A stretch of DNA of 64,000 nucleotides from Negaprion brevirostris (taxonomy: Eukaryota), in NCBI GenBank assembly GCA_030324005.1, contig JARDVH010000031.1:10966315-11030314 (forward strand). The letters run 5' to 3'. A program made the position numbers and the translations under genes. Below are positions 25,157 to 37,899 of the stretch, in pieces. Each line of letters starts with the position of its first letter. Within the stretch, counting starts at the first letter, position 1. The notes beneath the pieces were generated by a model. It made no database searches and had not been told where the DNA came from. It saw only the letters and a program-made list of their open reading frames with translations.

Positions 25157-26187
25157 AGGCGATTCTCCCTAAAAAAACATTTGAATTGTCGAACTTGCGT
25201 GCAAACTGGACTAGATCATGCTGATTTGTCCAGCGGGAGTTTAAAAATGAATCTCCCACACTCTGTGCACCGCTGACAACATGAGTGTGATTCACTCCAG
25301 AAATCACTGGGGACGCCTGCTGGAGAGGCCAGCAGCATAGCACTGAGCGAGCCATTGCACGTGCGCCGATCTGTCAGTGCTGAGATTGGCACATGTGCAG
25401 TGGCCCCTGNNNNNNNNNNNNNNNNNNNNNNNNNNNNNNNNNNNNNNNNNNNNNNNNNNNNNNNNNNNNNNNNNNNNNNNNNNNNNNNNNNNNNNNNNNN
25501 NNNNNNNNNNNNNNNNNNNNNNNNNNNNNNNNNNNNNNNNNNNNNNNNNNNNNNNNNNNNNNNNNNNNNNNNNNNNNNNNNNNNNNNNNNNNNNNNNNNN
25601 NNNNNNNNNNNNNNNNNNNNNNNNNNNNNNNNNNNNNNNNNNNNNNNNNNNNNNNNNNNNNNNNNNNNNNNNNNNNNNNNNNNNNNNNNNNNNNNNNNNN
25701 NNNNNNNNNNNNNNNNNNNNNNNNNNNNNNNNNNNNNNNNNNNNNNNNNNNNNNNNNNNNNNNNNNNNNNNNNNNNNNNNNNNNNNNNNNNNNNNNNNNN
25801 NNNNNNNNNNNNNNNNNNNNNNNNNNNNNNNNNNNNNNNNNNNNNNNNNNNNNNNNNNNNNNNNNNNNNNNNNNNNNNNNNNNNNNNNNNNNNNNNNNNN
25901 NNNNNNNNNNNNNNNNNNNNNNNNNNNNNNNNNNNNNNNCAGGATCGGGACACCAGCTCCCCACTAGCGGGGGTGGGATCTATAGTAAACCTAGGCCTGC
26001 TAATTATATTTAAATTATATTAAAATCATTGTTTGAGTATATAATGCAGCTCCGCGCCAGAAATCAGTGCTGGGAGACACGCAGCGATCCAGATGCCCAG
26101 CACAGATTGCACAAACTGGCCACCATTAGAGTCTCCTGGTCCACTGCACTAAAAAAAGCAGTGCAGCAGGACGGGAAGGTTGCCCCT
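25157..26187. mobile_element. Non-autonomous Harbinger-like element
   Basis: TIR-like gaggcgattctccc / gggaaggttgcccc; related in reverse orientation to 51830-52050 (gcgccgatctgtcag motif). Confidence 0.65.
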
Positions 26188-27293
26188 AGAAGCTCACTCA
26201 AGTGTCAATTTTTACACTGTCTTCAAAAAATTACATTTGCAAATGAAGCAAACCTCAGTGATCTGCCTGATGCAGCGGCCTCCACTTTCAACCACTTTTA
26301 TGTGGCATTCCCTTTAGTCTTGGATGAGATGTAGGCAGCCCACTTGCTTGTCTCTGTTTGGAAGAGTTGTTCACGGCACACCTCCAGAGACTACTGCGGC
26401 AGGGTCAGTCACAAGATCTGCTGCATAAATGGTCCCTCACACAGAGGCAGAAAGAAGGCCATGATGATGATGCTCTGTCAGAGGTGGCACTGTCGTCCTT
26501 GGATGATGCTGTAGCTGGTTGAAGGGAAGCAAACAGGATCCCCCAATCTTTTCCATTTTCGCTCTAAACATCTCTGTGCCATCAGTGCCACTGACGGGCA
26601 ACACTACAGAGTGCTCCATACATTCTACACATGTCAACATGCTGTTCCTGCAACCTCTTCAAGTGTTGCAACCTACGACTTAGCATGGGATTGGCGACAT
26701 TCTCAAGGAAGGACCTCTTGCTTTCAAAGCCCCAAGCCATTATGGGGATACACATGAACTGAGTAGGCTTCTTCATTCAGGGCCCATGAATGCACATTGC
26801 TTCAGGTAATTGACATTAGAACCACAACAATTATTGTTGGCCTAAGTGGAGCCGCCTTTCTTGCGAATCACAAGCCCTGCATCTGCACTGAACTGAGCAT
26901 GGTTGTGTACCTCTCCCCACTAAGGGAAACTGCCTATAGTTGCCTCTGTCTCTCTCACTTCTTCCTGTTCAGTCGTGCCACGATCTTCAGCAGTGCCACT
27001 CTATCTAAGTGCATGTGAGGAAACATCACTGAGAGAGTTTATTTGGGCAAATGGAGAATGCACATTATAAGATGTGATGGCATCTCAATTTCCTGTGGTT
27101 ACGTGAGTGACATAACAGGGCTCTGGCATTCCCCCTCAGAATTTACAGGAGACACAAAAAGTGATCATGAGAATTAAGCTTTGACAGAATAAGCCGATAC
27201 TTCTCAGTGCAGCTGGGTCTTTGACACACTGACAGCAGACACAAAAATCCTCTCTCATCGTCTTGATCAGTGACTCCCAAACCTGGGGTTCAC

Positions 27294-27596
27294 AAATCAT
27301 AGAATCCCTACAGTGCAGAAGGAGGTCATTCGGTCAATCCCACCCCAGCCCTATTCCCGTAACCCCNNNNNNNNNNNNNNNNNNNNNNNNNNNNNNNNNN
27401 NNNNNNNNNNNNNNNNNNNNNNNNNNNNNNNNNNNNNNNNNNNNNNNNNNNNNNNNNNNNNNNNNNNNNNNNNNNNNNNNNNNNNNNNNNNAGAATGTGC
27501 AAACTCCACACAGACAGTGACCCGAGGCCAGAATTGAACTTGGGTCTCTGGCGCTGTGAGACAGCAATGCTAACCACTGTGCCACCGTGCTGCCCC
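27294..27596 (-). mobile_element. HE1-type V-SINE
   Basis: Tail, V-domain and tRNA-like head as in the other copies. Confidence 0.9.
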
Positions 27597-28511
27597 TTTC
27601 TCAAAAATCTCCTGAAATGTTTCAGGGGTTCACAGGAAAAATCCCAGAATGGCAGAAGAAGTACACACTCAAAATTACAGGAAATGATGGCTGTTTGGTG
27701 CCCGCCAAATGGCCAGGATCCAGGCCTCTGTGGGGGGAGGGAGGCAGAGCTTACTGACCGCCCAGATTGACAGGCTACTTGGCCAATGATAGCTGTTGTT
27801 CTGAACATGCTTTGTCTTGTACTTTTTTACTGGACTTGAAGTTGGAGGTCCATCAGAAGTCCAGATGTGTTGTGTCTTTCCTTAGACTTCAGAGTCATGT
27901 GCTGTCTGTGCCTATAACAGTGGAGCTTTTAAGCAAGTACTTGCATTTTAATTTAACTCCCCAGTCAGCTGCACTCACTCCAGCACCAGCTCTCAATGTC
28001 TACTCTATTGAGTCCCCTCAGAATCTTATATATTTCAATGGAATCATCTCTAAATATCAGAGAATATAGGACCAGCTTATTAAGGCACCTCATCATAGGA
28101 CAATTCTCTCAAACTAGACACCAATCCAGAGTTCCTCTCTCCTGCAACAGCTAGTGTTTCTTTGCTTGGCCACGTCTCCTCCACCATTCCTCTTCCAGAT
28201 CAAGGTGACTGATAGCAAGGTGCCCATAACCAAGCATTCACTTTCTCCTGGTGACTTCTATGATGCATCCAAAAAGATAGAGTAGCACAGCCCTTAGGTG
28301 AAACCATCAGAGAATTTCAGGAATAAATGTTGAGTGAGTGCTGAAGTCTTGATAAAATGTCCTAGAAAGCCTCCCTTCATGTTTCAAAACATCTCTTCAA
28401 TCCTCTGACAGCAAGTGAAGAGTAAAAGGTGGTAATATTTGCATTGCTTAAAATTCTCAGCAATGACTTGTTTGCTCCAGGTCAACAAGTCACTGTTGGA
28501 GGGGGATGTTA

Positions 28512-28626
28512 GGGGTTGAGCGTGCTTCAGTAGGCTAATGGATATCTGGGCTTTCAGCCAATAATTCATAATGAAGCTTGGCTGAGAGCCCAGAAATCCA
28601 TTAGTCTGCTGAAGTACCTGAACCTC
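28512..28626 (+). other. Long hairpin (about 50-bp arms, 16-nt loop)
   Basis: gcttcagtaggctaatggatatctgggctttcagccaa pairs with ttggctgagagcccagaaatccattagtctgctgaagt. Confidence 0.85.
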
Positions 28627-30579
28627 AGAAAAAACATTGCTTGGCTCATAGCTCTGGCTCTCTGATCTATGCTGTCAAATTCACAATGTTTATTTGAGAG
28701 ATAAAAGTGCTTTTAATTTCAGCCATTGAAATTTTATAGTGTCTAGATGGTTGACACATTTATTCGGCTGTAGTGAATAGGAGATTTTTAAGAAAGTGCA
28801 AAGTTACCAATGACTGATGGTTTTTAAAGAAGTTTTTATATATCCCACTGTCACTATTGGGTTGATTGGGTCTATAGTGTACAGTGGGTGAATAGACATG
28901 GAAGTGCCATAANNNNNNNNNNNNNNNNNNNNNNNNNNNNGGGATGTGTGGGAGGGTTTATCTTTGTATAGGAAGCATGAGGAGAATTGTTTGAACTTAG
29001 CCTATAAAAGGTTTTCTCGTGCAGACTGTGGTTCACAACAACAATAGGTGCTGTGAACCAGGATTCTTTGCAAAGCTGGCCCAATTTCATAAAAATTATG
29101 CGGGACTGAGACAGGTCTAGTCCCATGGTGAAGCTGGCCTGCTTGTGGAATCATGATCCATGATCCAAACCAGCCCACACCTTATTCAAAAGGCATTCCA
29201 AAAGTTGAAAACCCCAGGGAATGGGGTCTGGAATCCTGGAATCTGGTCCCATTTTTAAAAGGCTCCCGAGTTATTCCAACTTGGTGAAAATCCAGCCTAA
29301 ATGACTGAAGGGAGTGTGGTGTAATGGAATGAAGGCAGTATTGTTTTCCACTGTGATAGGAAGTTCAAGGAGCTTACCTGTTCTGTAGTTAAGAGTATGA
29401 GCTGTCTACAAGGTTTAGTCAATGCCGAGTTTAGTTTGTTTGTTGCAGTAAAAGTTTTAAAATGTGAAATCTTGCTGTGTGATCTTTTGCATTGCTCAAA
29501 GGGAAATTCTTATCTGTTTTTAGAAGTTAAACCTTGCTGAAGCAAATACAATTGTGGATGCAGGAGAGAAAAGAAAAGGCAGTACATTTCATTGTGTGTT
29601 GTTGAGGCATTGGCTTCCGAGAGATTATTAAATAGGGCCAGAACACCTTAGCAATGGCAATCACATTGGATTGCCACTCCACTCCTTTTCACTTATCTTA
29701 ATTGGAGCTGCACATTTCTTGCCCAACATTCCGACTCAGGCCTGGTGAGAAATGTGTAGCGAGTTCCCGAGGCCTTCCATGTAGGACAGCAGTATTTGGA
29801 GAAGTGAAGACAAGACCCCTTTTTACAGCAGTGACTGCCATAAAGCAGATTAGTTTAAAGGATCCAGCCACATTGAAAAGCCATGGAGAAGGTAAATGTG
29901 TGAGGTAAATGGGTAGGATNNNNNNNNNNNNNNNNNNNNNNNNNNNNNNNNNNNNNNNNNNNNNNNNNNNNNNNNNNNNNNNNNNNNNNNNNNNNNNNNN
30001 NNNNNNNNNNNNNNNNNNNNNNNNNNNNNNNNNNNNNNNNNNNNNNNNNNNNNNNNNNNNNNNNNNNNNNNNNNNNNNNNNNNNNNNNNNNNNNNNNNNN
30101 NNNNNNNNNNNNNNNNNNNNNNNNNNNNNNNNNNNGTAGGTGTAGGAGGATGCGGCGGCGCGGGCTCGTTGGGCCGAAGGGCCTGTTTCCTGTGCTGGGT
30201 TGTTCTTTGTAATCAGGGTAGTGGGTAGTTGGAGCTCATGAGGATAGTGGTGGTGGGGAGACATGGGGTTGGTAAGGTAGTTGGGGCTAGAGTTGTAGAG
30301 AGAGAATGGGAGATTGTTGGAAGGCCTGGATATTAGTCAGGAGTAGTTAGAAGTTGTTGAGTTAGTCTGCTCGAGAGCAGTAAAGGCGTCTCTGGACAGG
30401 GGTAGAGGTAAGAGATAGAGGAGGGTAATCAGGAAGGATAAAAACCCAGTTTGAGCGTGGTCAGTGAGTCAGTACCATTGCTAGCTAGGAATTACAAGTA
30501 GTTTGAACCCTTCTAATGATTCCTGGGGGTACGTGTTTGATTGTGAAAAACTGAACTGTCTGTGTCAGAATAGTCAGTA

Positions 30580-30800
30580 CAATTCACTACCCCAGAGCAT
30601 GGTGGAAGCCAGGACTTGGAATAAATTTAAGGAAGAGGTGGACATTTTTTTAATTAGTAAGGATTTGAAGGGCTATGGTGAATGGAGAGAAAAATGGATT
30701 TGAGGCAGAGATAAGATCAGCCTGATTGCATTACATGGTGGAGCAGGCTTGCTGTGCCGAATTGTTTACTCTTACTCCCAGTTCTTATGATTGTTATGAA
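30580..30800 (+). mobile_element. CR1 3' end
   Basis: aattcactaccccagagcatggtggaagc...gatcagcc...tggtggagcaggct...ttcttatg tail. Confidence 0.8.
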
Positions 30801-31958
30801 CCATCTGAAGTGTCCGATTTAAATCTAAATATTGGATGGTTTTCAGTACAGAGGAATTACAGGGAAGTTTAATTTCCCAGGCAACTGCCATGCAAACCTT
30901 ACATTGTGACATCCAGAGAACCTCAGCACATCTTCAGGGGTAACCCCCAGGCTGCCAATTCCCTTCCCCCACCCCCATTTTAACTAGCAATTAAAGGTTA
31001 ATAAATTGATGCCACTGACAAAGCAAGCTGTCAGCTATACATGTACTTAAGCACTATGTATATCTGAAGCAGTTTATCGTCCACCATTTACTACTTAATT
31101 CATCCCCATAATAATCTTTCTTCTTCTGTAATAATGATGACATAAAGTCATTCTAAATCACGTACTGCAGTGTTTCCACTGATTGGGAATCAGACTTTGT
31201 TGACTTAAAGTGAAACAGCCTAGAAGATAATCAGATCACAGTGGAATCAATACTGATAGTGTGATTAAATGTCACCATTGTACTTGCTTGTAATGTTACT
31301 TTTCTCCAAATTTATATTGTACGCTCAGTTCCCTTCTGCATAATGATTTTGCTTGATGTTGGATTAACTGCCAATCACACAGTAAAGTTGGTTTTAAAAT
31401 GTTCTGGATAGATTTTATTATTTTAATTTTAAAACAGTTATTGAATTTTTAAACAGTGAAAAGGGTATAGGACATAACAGGAATAGTGAGCATGAAAGTG
31501 GAAATATCATCTCTTTGGAATATGTTTGGTGCCTGGCTTCACCTTGTATTGAGACAATCCGACATGCTAAATTTCTCACTGCATGCATGCTTTCTTGTTC
31601 AATATTGCCTAAACCTATCAACTAACAGATTCATCAGGTTACATAAAATTAATACTAAAGAGCGGCTATTGAAACATGATAAATTTAGCTTGGTGTGGCT
31701 ATACAATAGGCACAAACGGTAATTAGAAACTATTAAGTGCTATCTCGATAATTATGTGTAGAAAAATATGTTTACATTGTACTATTCCTTTAGTAAATTC
31801 CACATACTTGCAGTTCATTTCATGCTTGACCTTCAATTTGAAAACTCGGTTTCACATAATGGAAAGAAATTACGTTTAATAGTGGCAAGAGGGTAAATTT
31901 AGTTCAGGACTGAGATTCCCTCACAATGCTTTGAGGTGGAAGCCAATATATGCTTCCT

Positions 31959-32290
31959 GGCGGCAAGGCAGCACTGTGATTAGCACTGCTGCCTCACAGC
32001 GCCAGGGACTCGGATTCAATTCCCAGCTTGGGTCACCATCTGTGTGGAGTTTGCATGTTCTCCTCATGTCTGCATGGATTTCCTCCGGGTGCTCCAGTTT
32101 CCTCCCACAGTCCAAAGATGTGTGCATTAGGCAGATTGGCCATGCTAAATTGCCACTTAGTGTCAGGAGGATTAGCAAGGTAAATCATGGGATTATGGCG
32201 ATAGGGACTGGGTGGGATTGTGGTCGGTGCAGACTCGATGGGCTGAATGGCCTCCTTCTGCACTGCAGGATTCTGTGACTTCATGTTTCT
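31959..32290 (+). mobile_element. HE1-type V-SINE, full length
   Basis: tRNA-like head, tgtgtggagtttgcatgttctcc V-domain, gatgggctgaatggcctccttctgcactg tail. Confidence 0.9.
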
Positions 32291-33099
32291 ATGCTTCTGG
32301 AACACAGGATTTAGCAAAAACACACTGNNNNNNNNNNNNNNNNNNNNNNNNNNNNNNNNNNNNNNNNNNNNNNNNNNNNNNNNNNNNNNNNNNNNNNNNN
32401 NNNNNNNNNNNNNNNNNNNNNNNNNNNNNNNNNNNNNNNNNNNNNNNNNNNNNNNNNNNNNNNNNNNNNNNNNNNNNNNNNNNNNNNNNNNNNNNNNNNN
32501 NNNNNNNNNNNNNNNNNNNNNNNNNNNNNNNNNNNNNNNNNNNNNNNNNNNNNNNNNNNNNNNNNNNNNNNNNNNNNNNNNNNNNNNNNNNNNNNNNNNN
32601 NNNNNNNNNNNNNNNNNNNNNNNNNNNNNNNNNNNNNNNNNNNNNNNNNNNNNNNNNNNNNNNNNNNNNNNNNNNNNNNNNNNNNNNNNNNNNNNNNNNN
32701 NNNNNNNNNNNNCTGTGAGAACTGAGGAGTAGATTTGTGAAGGGGCGGTGAGATTTGCGAGTGAGGGAGGTGGGTGGCGAGGTGATTTCTGAAACCAGAG
32801 GACGAGAGTTTAGAGAGTAGAGGGGGAGGATTTAGAGAGTGGAGGGGGAGAAATTTGTGTGAGAGGGAAAAGAAACTATCTTTCCATTGGCTTCTTTGGA
32901 GCAGGAATCAGACCTCAAAAATCTGACCATTGGGTTACATTCAACATCAGAAAAAAACACAAGGATTTAAAGGGGGCCTGCAGCTGTTAGCACTCAGTCT
33001 GAGCTTCATGACAACCATTGCTATGTCAGAGCTCACAATCCCAAAATCTCACCTCATGTCACGATCCGCAGTTTGGGAAGCCCTGTTCTATACCCTGTT

Positions 33100-33375
33100 C
33101 CACAACATTGTGGCTGATCTGAATCTTCGATCCCTTTATCCACCTTGGCTTCCTATCCATCTATATCCCAATGCAACAAAAATTCTCTTATTTTCATCAC
33201 TGTCTAAACCTCTCAGTTTTGAAATGTTCTATTGATCTCCAGTTTCAACAGCATCTTGGAATAGAGAGTTCCAGATCACTACTACCCTTTCTGTGAAAAT
33301 GTATTCCTGACCTAACTCCTAAACAGCCTGCCTCTAATTTAAAGGTTAAGCTCCTTGTTCTGGGTTTCCCCCACT
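33100..33375 (-). mobile_element. CR1 3' fragment
   Basis: Matches 12520-12750 and 40130-40310. Confidence 0.65.
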
Positions 33376-33494
33376 CTGTATCAGTGCTGTAAGACTATTG
33401 AATGCAAAACTCATTTTATTCTAGCCAAGCAACAGCATAACCTCAACCAAAAAAGCTTCTCCACTTGCATATTTTAAATATTTCTCAACTTAAC

Positions 33495-33750
33495 AAGAGA
33501 CGGAGAGACCCAGAACTCATGGGGCCCAGGCAGCTGAAGGCGTGGCTGCCAATGATGAAGGACTGAAAATGAGCAGTATATAAGAGGCCAGAATTGCAGA
33601 GGTCTCGCAGGGTTGTAGGTACGGAGGGGGTACAGAGCTAGGAAGGAATGAGGCCATGAGGGGATTTGAAATCAAGATTAAGAATTTTAAAATCAAGGCA
33701 TTGCTGCGTCAGAAACCAAAATAGGTCATTGAACAGAAAGGTGATGGGTA
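33495..33750 (-). mobile_element. L2 LINE 3' fragment
   Basis: ggggcccaggcagctgaaggc...gaggccatgaggggatttgaaatcaag...aattttaaaatcaaggcattg; related to 59960-60100. Confidence 0.6.
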
Positions 33751-33956
33751 AACTAAGTATTAATGTTATTGCTGATATTTTGTGAATGGAGGGTGTGAAA
33801 ATTGAAAGTACACAAACCTAATGTTGACAACTGTTTATATTAACAGTTAAATTAAGATTTTGTATTTATGATTTTCTCAATATATGTATTTCATCATTTT
33901 GTGTTTCATCAGAGTCCAGTAGATTAGCGCAGTGTTCTCTTGAACATGTCTTGTTA

Positions 33957-34280
33957 GGACGGCAGGGTGGCATAGTGGTTAACACTGCTGCCTCACAGTG
34001 CCAGGCTCCCAGGTTCAATTCCAACCTGGGGTCACTGTCTATGTGGAGTTTGCACATTCTCCCTGTGTCTGCATGGGTTTCCTCTGGGTGCTCCAGTTGC
34101 CTCCCATATTCCAAAGATGTGTAGGTTAGGTTGATTGACCATGCTAAATTGTCCGCTAGCATCAGGGGGATTAGCAACGTACAATGCGTGGGGTTGCGGG
34201 AATAAGGCCAGGGTGGGATTGTGATCAGTGCATACTCGATGGGCTGAATGGCCTCCTTCTGCACTGTAAGGATTCCATGA
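33957..34280 (+). mobile_element. HE1-type V-SINE, full length
   Basis: A box TGGCATAGTGG, B box GGTTCAATTCC, V-domain, CR1-like tail. Confidence 0.92.
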
Positions 34281-34379
34281 TGCTGAGTCTCTGGTGTGAA
34301 TTCAGTTAGCAGTGCTTCCTATCAGAAACAAAATAAAACTGAGCACACAAAATCCTCTGTTAATGAAAGCGCCCTCACG

Positions 34380-34583
34380 TATAGAATCATAGAATCCTTA
34401 CAGTGCAGAAGGCCTATTGAGGCCACAACTCTCCAAAAGAGATTGTAGCCAGGCCCGTCTCCTGCCCTTTGCACTTACCCCACTAATCTCCTAACCTACA
34501 CATTTTTGGACTGTGGGAGGAAACCAGAGAACCCAAAAGAAACCCACGCAAACTCAGGGAGAATGTGCAAACTCCACACACAG
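34380..34583 (-). mobile_element. HE1-type V-SINE, 5'-truncated
   Basis: tagaatcatagaatcc tail; gaatgtgcaaactccacaca. Confidence 0.85.
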
Positions 34584-34849
34584 AAACTAACAAATGTTTC
34601 ACGTATAGAAATTAACTNNNNNNNNNNNNNNNNNNNNNNNNNNNNNNNNNNNNNNNNNNNNNNNNNNNNNNNNNNNNNNNNNNNNNNNNNNNNNNNNNNN
34701 NNNNNNNNNNNNNNNNNNNNNNAATTATTGCAAGCCAAAACTGGAAGTTCTGTTTGATGTATTTTTTTTTCTTTATAGTATATTATATTTGTAATGGATC
34801 ACACATGGCTCGTGTTCAGATACATAAGATAGAACCATTTCTTAAAAAG

Positions 34850-35120
34850 GAAAGACTTGCATTTACAGGGTAAATGTTAGTCAGCCCTCCAATTTGAATC
34901 CCGCTCCTCTACCTCAAAGTAGTTCCATGTCTCCTTTAAATCCACCTGAGAAACAAGTCAGGGCCACAGTTTAATATCTCATCTGACAGTGAAGGACTCT
35001 CTCAGTATTGCGCTGGATTGTCTGCCTAGATTGTGCATTCTGTCACTGGACTGGATCAATGAACTCACAACCTTCTTATTCAGAGATTAGAATGCAATGC
35101 ACTGAACCATACCTGACATA
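34850..35120 (-). mobile_element. DeuSINE-type SINE
   Basis: aaagacttgcattta tail; gaactcacaaccttcttattcag...cactgaaccat head. Confidence 0.65.
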
Positions 35121-35741
35121 TTAGATAAAAGACTTTGGATATATAGAGAATAATTTCAACGATTGCAAACGACACAAAACTGGGAAATACAATGAGCAGT
35201 GAGGATAGTAACAGACTTACTGTGGAAGAAGTGAACTGTTCTAATAATTCATGTATAGCATAGATCTCAGGATTAAATCATTCTGTTCTGTGAGTGTCCG
35301 ATCCATCAAAAGTGCTTGAGGTGGAAGGTGCTCTCAGATACCAGTTAATATTGTGGAACTCTCATTTCATTCTTCAGTGAGACTGTTTTCAGCATTGCTT
35401 CAGTGCATTGTGAATTCCATCCCTTCACCACTTACACTGCAAAAGAAATGACATTTTCAAAGGTTTGTGGTGTGTGTCAGGATCATCCTGTGCTGCTTGG
35501 ATGATTACATTGACAAGCTCCTACTAGTCCAACTAAATCTAACTCAAATCTGTGAGCTAATTGAGGTAATTTGTCTTTATTTATTTGAAGACCATTTATA
35601 ATGCACATCATTAAAAACTGCATGTCTTTGAGGGGTTCAGTGACAGATCATTTGAATATTTGGCATTGCATTTTATAAAGAAAAATTAAGATGGAGTCAA
35701 ACTTGAGTTTTTAGTTTTGCACCTTGGAAAACTAAAATATT

Positions 35742-36184
35742 AGGGGTGATTCTCTGACCTCCCAACTTGGCACAGATTGCGCTGATCCCAGAGAATAGTG
35801 TGCAGGCCTAAAAATCGATTTCGTGCTCATGCCAAGCAGTTTGCGATTCTCCTGTTTAATGGTGCGAGCTGGATCGCACCCAGAAAGGGCGTGAGGCTGA
35901 CTAACATATTTAAATTAGTATTTAAATATTTATAGCCAGTTCAACTCCCAGCACCATGGAAATCTCCAGCCTTCAGGTGTGGAGCAATAACAGCAAGAAT
36001 CAGCGTTGGTCTCCACCGCTGGCAGGATGGTCACACTGGAGGCTCAGAGAACCAGCACAAAATTCCCACCTCTCCAAAAAAAAGACTGAATGTGGGAGGA
36101 TTGCAATGCAGAGCACACCTGAGAGACTGGCACGATCACTCCATTAATCTCACCAATAAGTTTCTTTGGGGAGAATTCCACCCA
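35742..36184. mobile_element. Non-autonomous Harbinger-like element
   Basis: TIR-like ggggtgattctc / gagaattccaccc. Confidence 0.6.
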
Positions 36185-36629
36185 TTAATTTTCTAAATAA
36201 ATTAATTTGTTGATCACATGTGGTAAGTTGATGGATAAATAAGAAAATATGTTAATGGATGAATACATGCTACCAAAGATTTTCAAGTATGTGCTCAGTA
36301 CTTTGTTTCTCTGCTACTTATGTCTTGTAACCTCCCAAGTCCATTCCCAACTTTCTCCAACTCAACAAATGGATCTTCCAATCAGGTTTCCAGTCTTGTC
36401 TCAGTATTGAAACAGGTCGAATTGAAGCCAGGAATCAGACCAGTTGGGGGTGATCTTGAGCCTGCACTCTCTGTCCATGGGATCAGCAGCAGGGGCTCAA
36501 AATCTGGTGAATCCCGGAATTCGCAGACCTCGCTGACTAGATAGCGATTTCTGGTGTTGCCACCCTTCACCGGCAACGCAGTAGGGTTCATGCCTATAAT
36601 AAGTGAGAGCCTGATTTTTTTTTAAATTA

Positions 36630-37130
36630 ATTTGTGCGACAATGGGCATCACTGGCTGGACCAGCATTTATTGCCTATCCTTAGTTGCCCCTTGAGAAGG
36701 TGGTGGTGAACTGCTGCCGTGAATCGCTGCAGTCCATGTGCTTGAGGTTGACCTACAATGCCATTAGGGAGGGAATTCCAGGATTTCAACCCAAAGGAAC
36801 GGTGATATATTTCCAAATCAGGATTGTGAGTGGCTTGGAGGGGAAGGTGGTATTCCAATGTATCCGCTATTCTTGTCCTTCTAGATGGAAATGGTCATGG
36901 GTTTGTAAGGTGCTGTCTCAGGATCTTTGGTGAATTTCTGCAATGCATCTTGTAGATGGTCCACACGGCTGCTAACGAAGGGTCGGTGGTGGAGAGATTG
37001 AATGTAAATGTGGTGCCAATCAAGTGGACTGCTTTGTCCTGGATGGTGTCAAGCTTCTTGAGTGTTGTTGGAGCTACACCCCATCCAGACAAGTGGGGAG
37101 TATTCCATCATACTCCTGACTTGTGCCTTT
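36630..37130 (-). mobile_element. CR1-clade LINE 3' end
   Basis: APTTLKKLDTIQDKAVHLIG; SWNSLPNGIVG....GLQRF..AVHHHLLKGQ. Confidence 0.85.
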
Positions 37131-37899
37131 ATATCCATATTGACACATTTGAATATAATGAAAGGCCCCCTCACCAGATCTTCCTCCTTCACTAAATTTT
37201 TTGTATCTGACCAAAGTGATGTTAGGTTGGCAAGGTTTACAACAGCTTCACGCAGATGAGAACATGTCAAGGGGATTCTCCCGGGATACAAAGATTTGTA
37301 GTCCCCTGGGATTTCCCCAGGGCAAAGGGATGCAGCTAGACAGTGCCCTGGCACTACCCCAGTACAGGTTGGCATTGTCAGGTTGACTTGGCAGTGCCAA
37401 CCTGTGCCGGGGGCAATGCCAGGGCAGATCCTAATGGAACCTCATGGGAGTGGAGGAGGGAGACATATATGTGTAGTAGGGAAGGAGAGGACATTTAATG
37501 AAGAGGGAAGGAAATCCCAGCAATGACTGCTGAAGAGGAAGAGNNNNNNNNNNNNNNNNNNNNNNNNNNNNNNNNNNNNNNNNNNNNNNNNNNNNNNNNN
37601 NNNNNNNNNNNNNNNNNNNNNNNNNNNNNNNNNNNNNNNNNNNGAAGAGGAAGAGAAAGGGACAGATGCTGATGTTGATGGGCTGGAGCGGGGGTGGGGT
37701 GGTGGGGTCGGGAAGAGAGATGCTGGTGTTGGTGGGCAGGTGGGGGGGGTCAGGGAGAGAGATGCCAGTGTTGGTGGTGGTGGGGGGAGAAATACTAACA
37801 TTGATGGCTGGGAGAGATGTCAGTAATGATTGGGGAAGGGAAGAAGTCCCTGAGACCTCTGTTGTGAGGTGGAAGAGAGGTTATTCTTCATCTGGTCAG

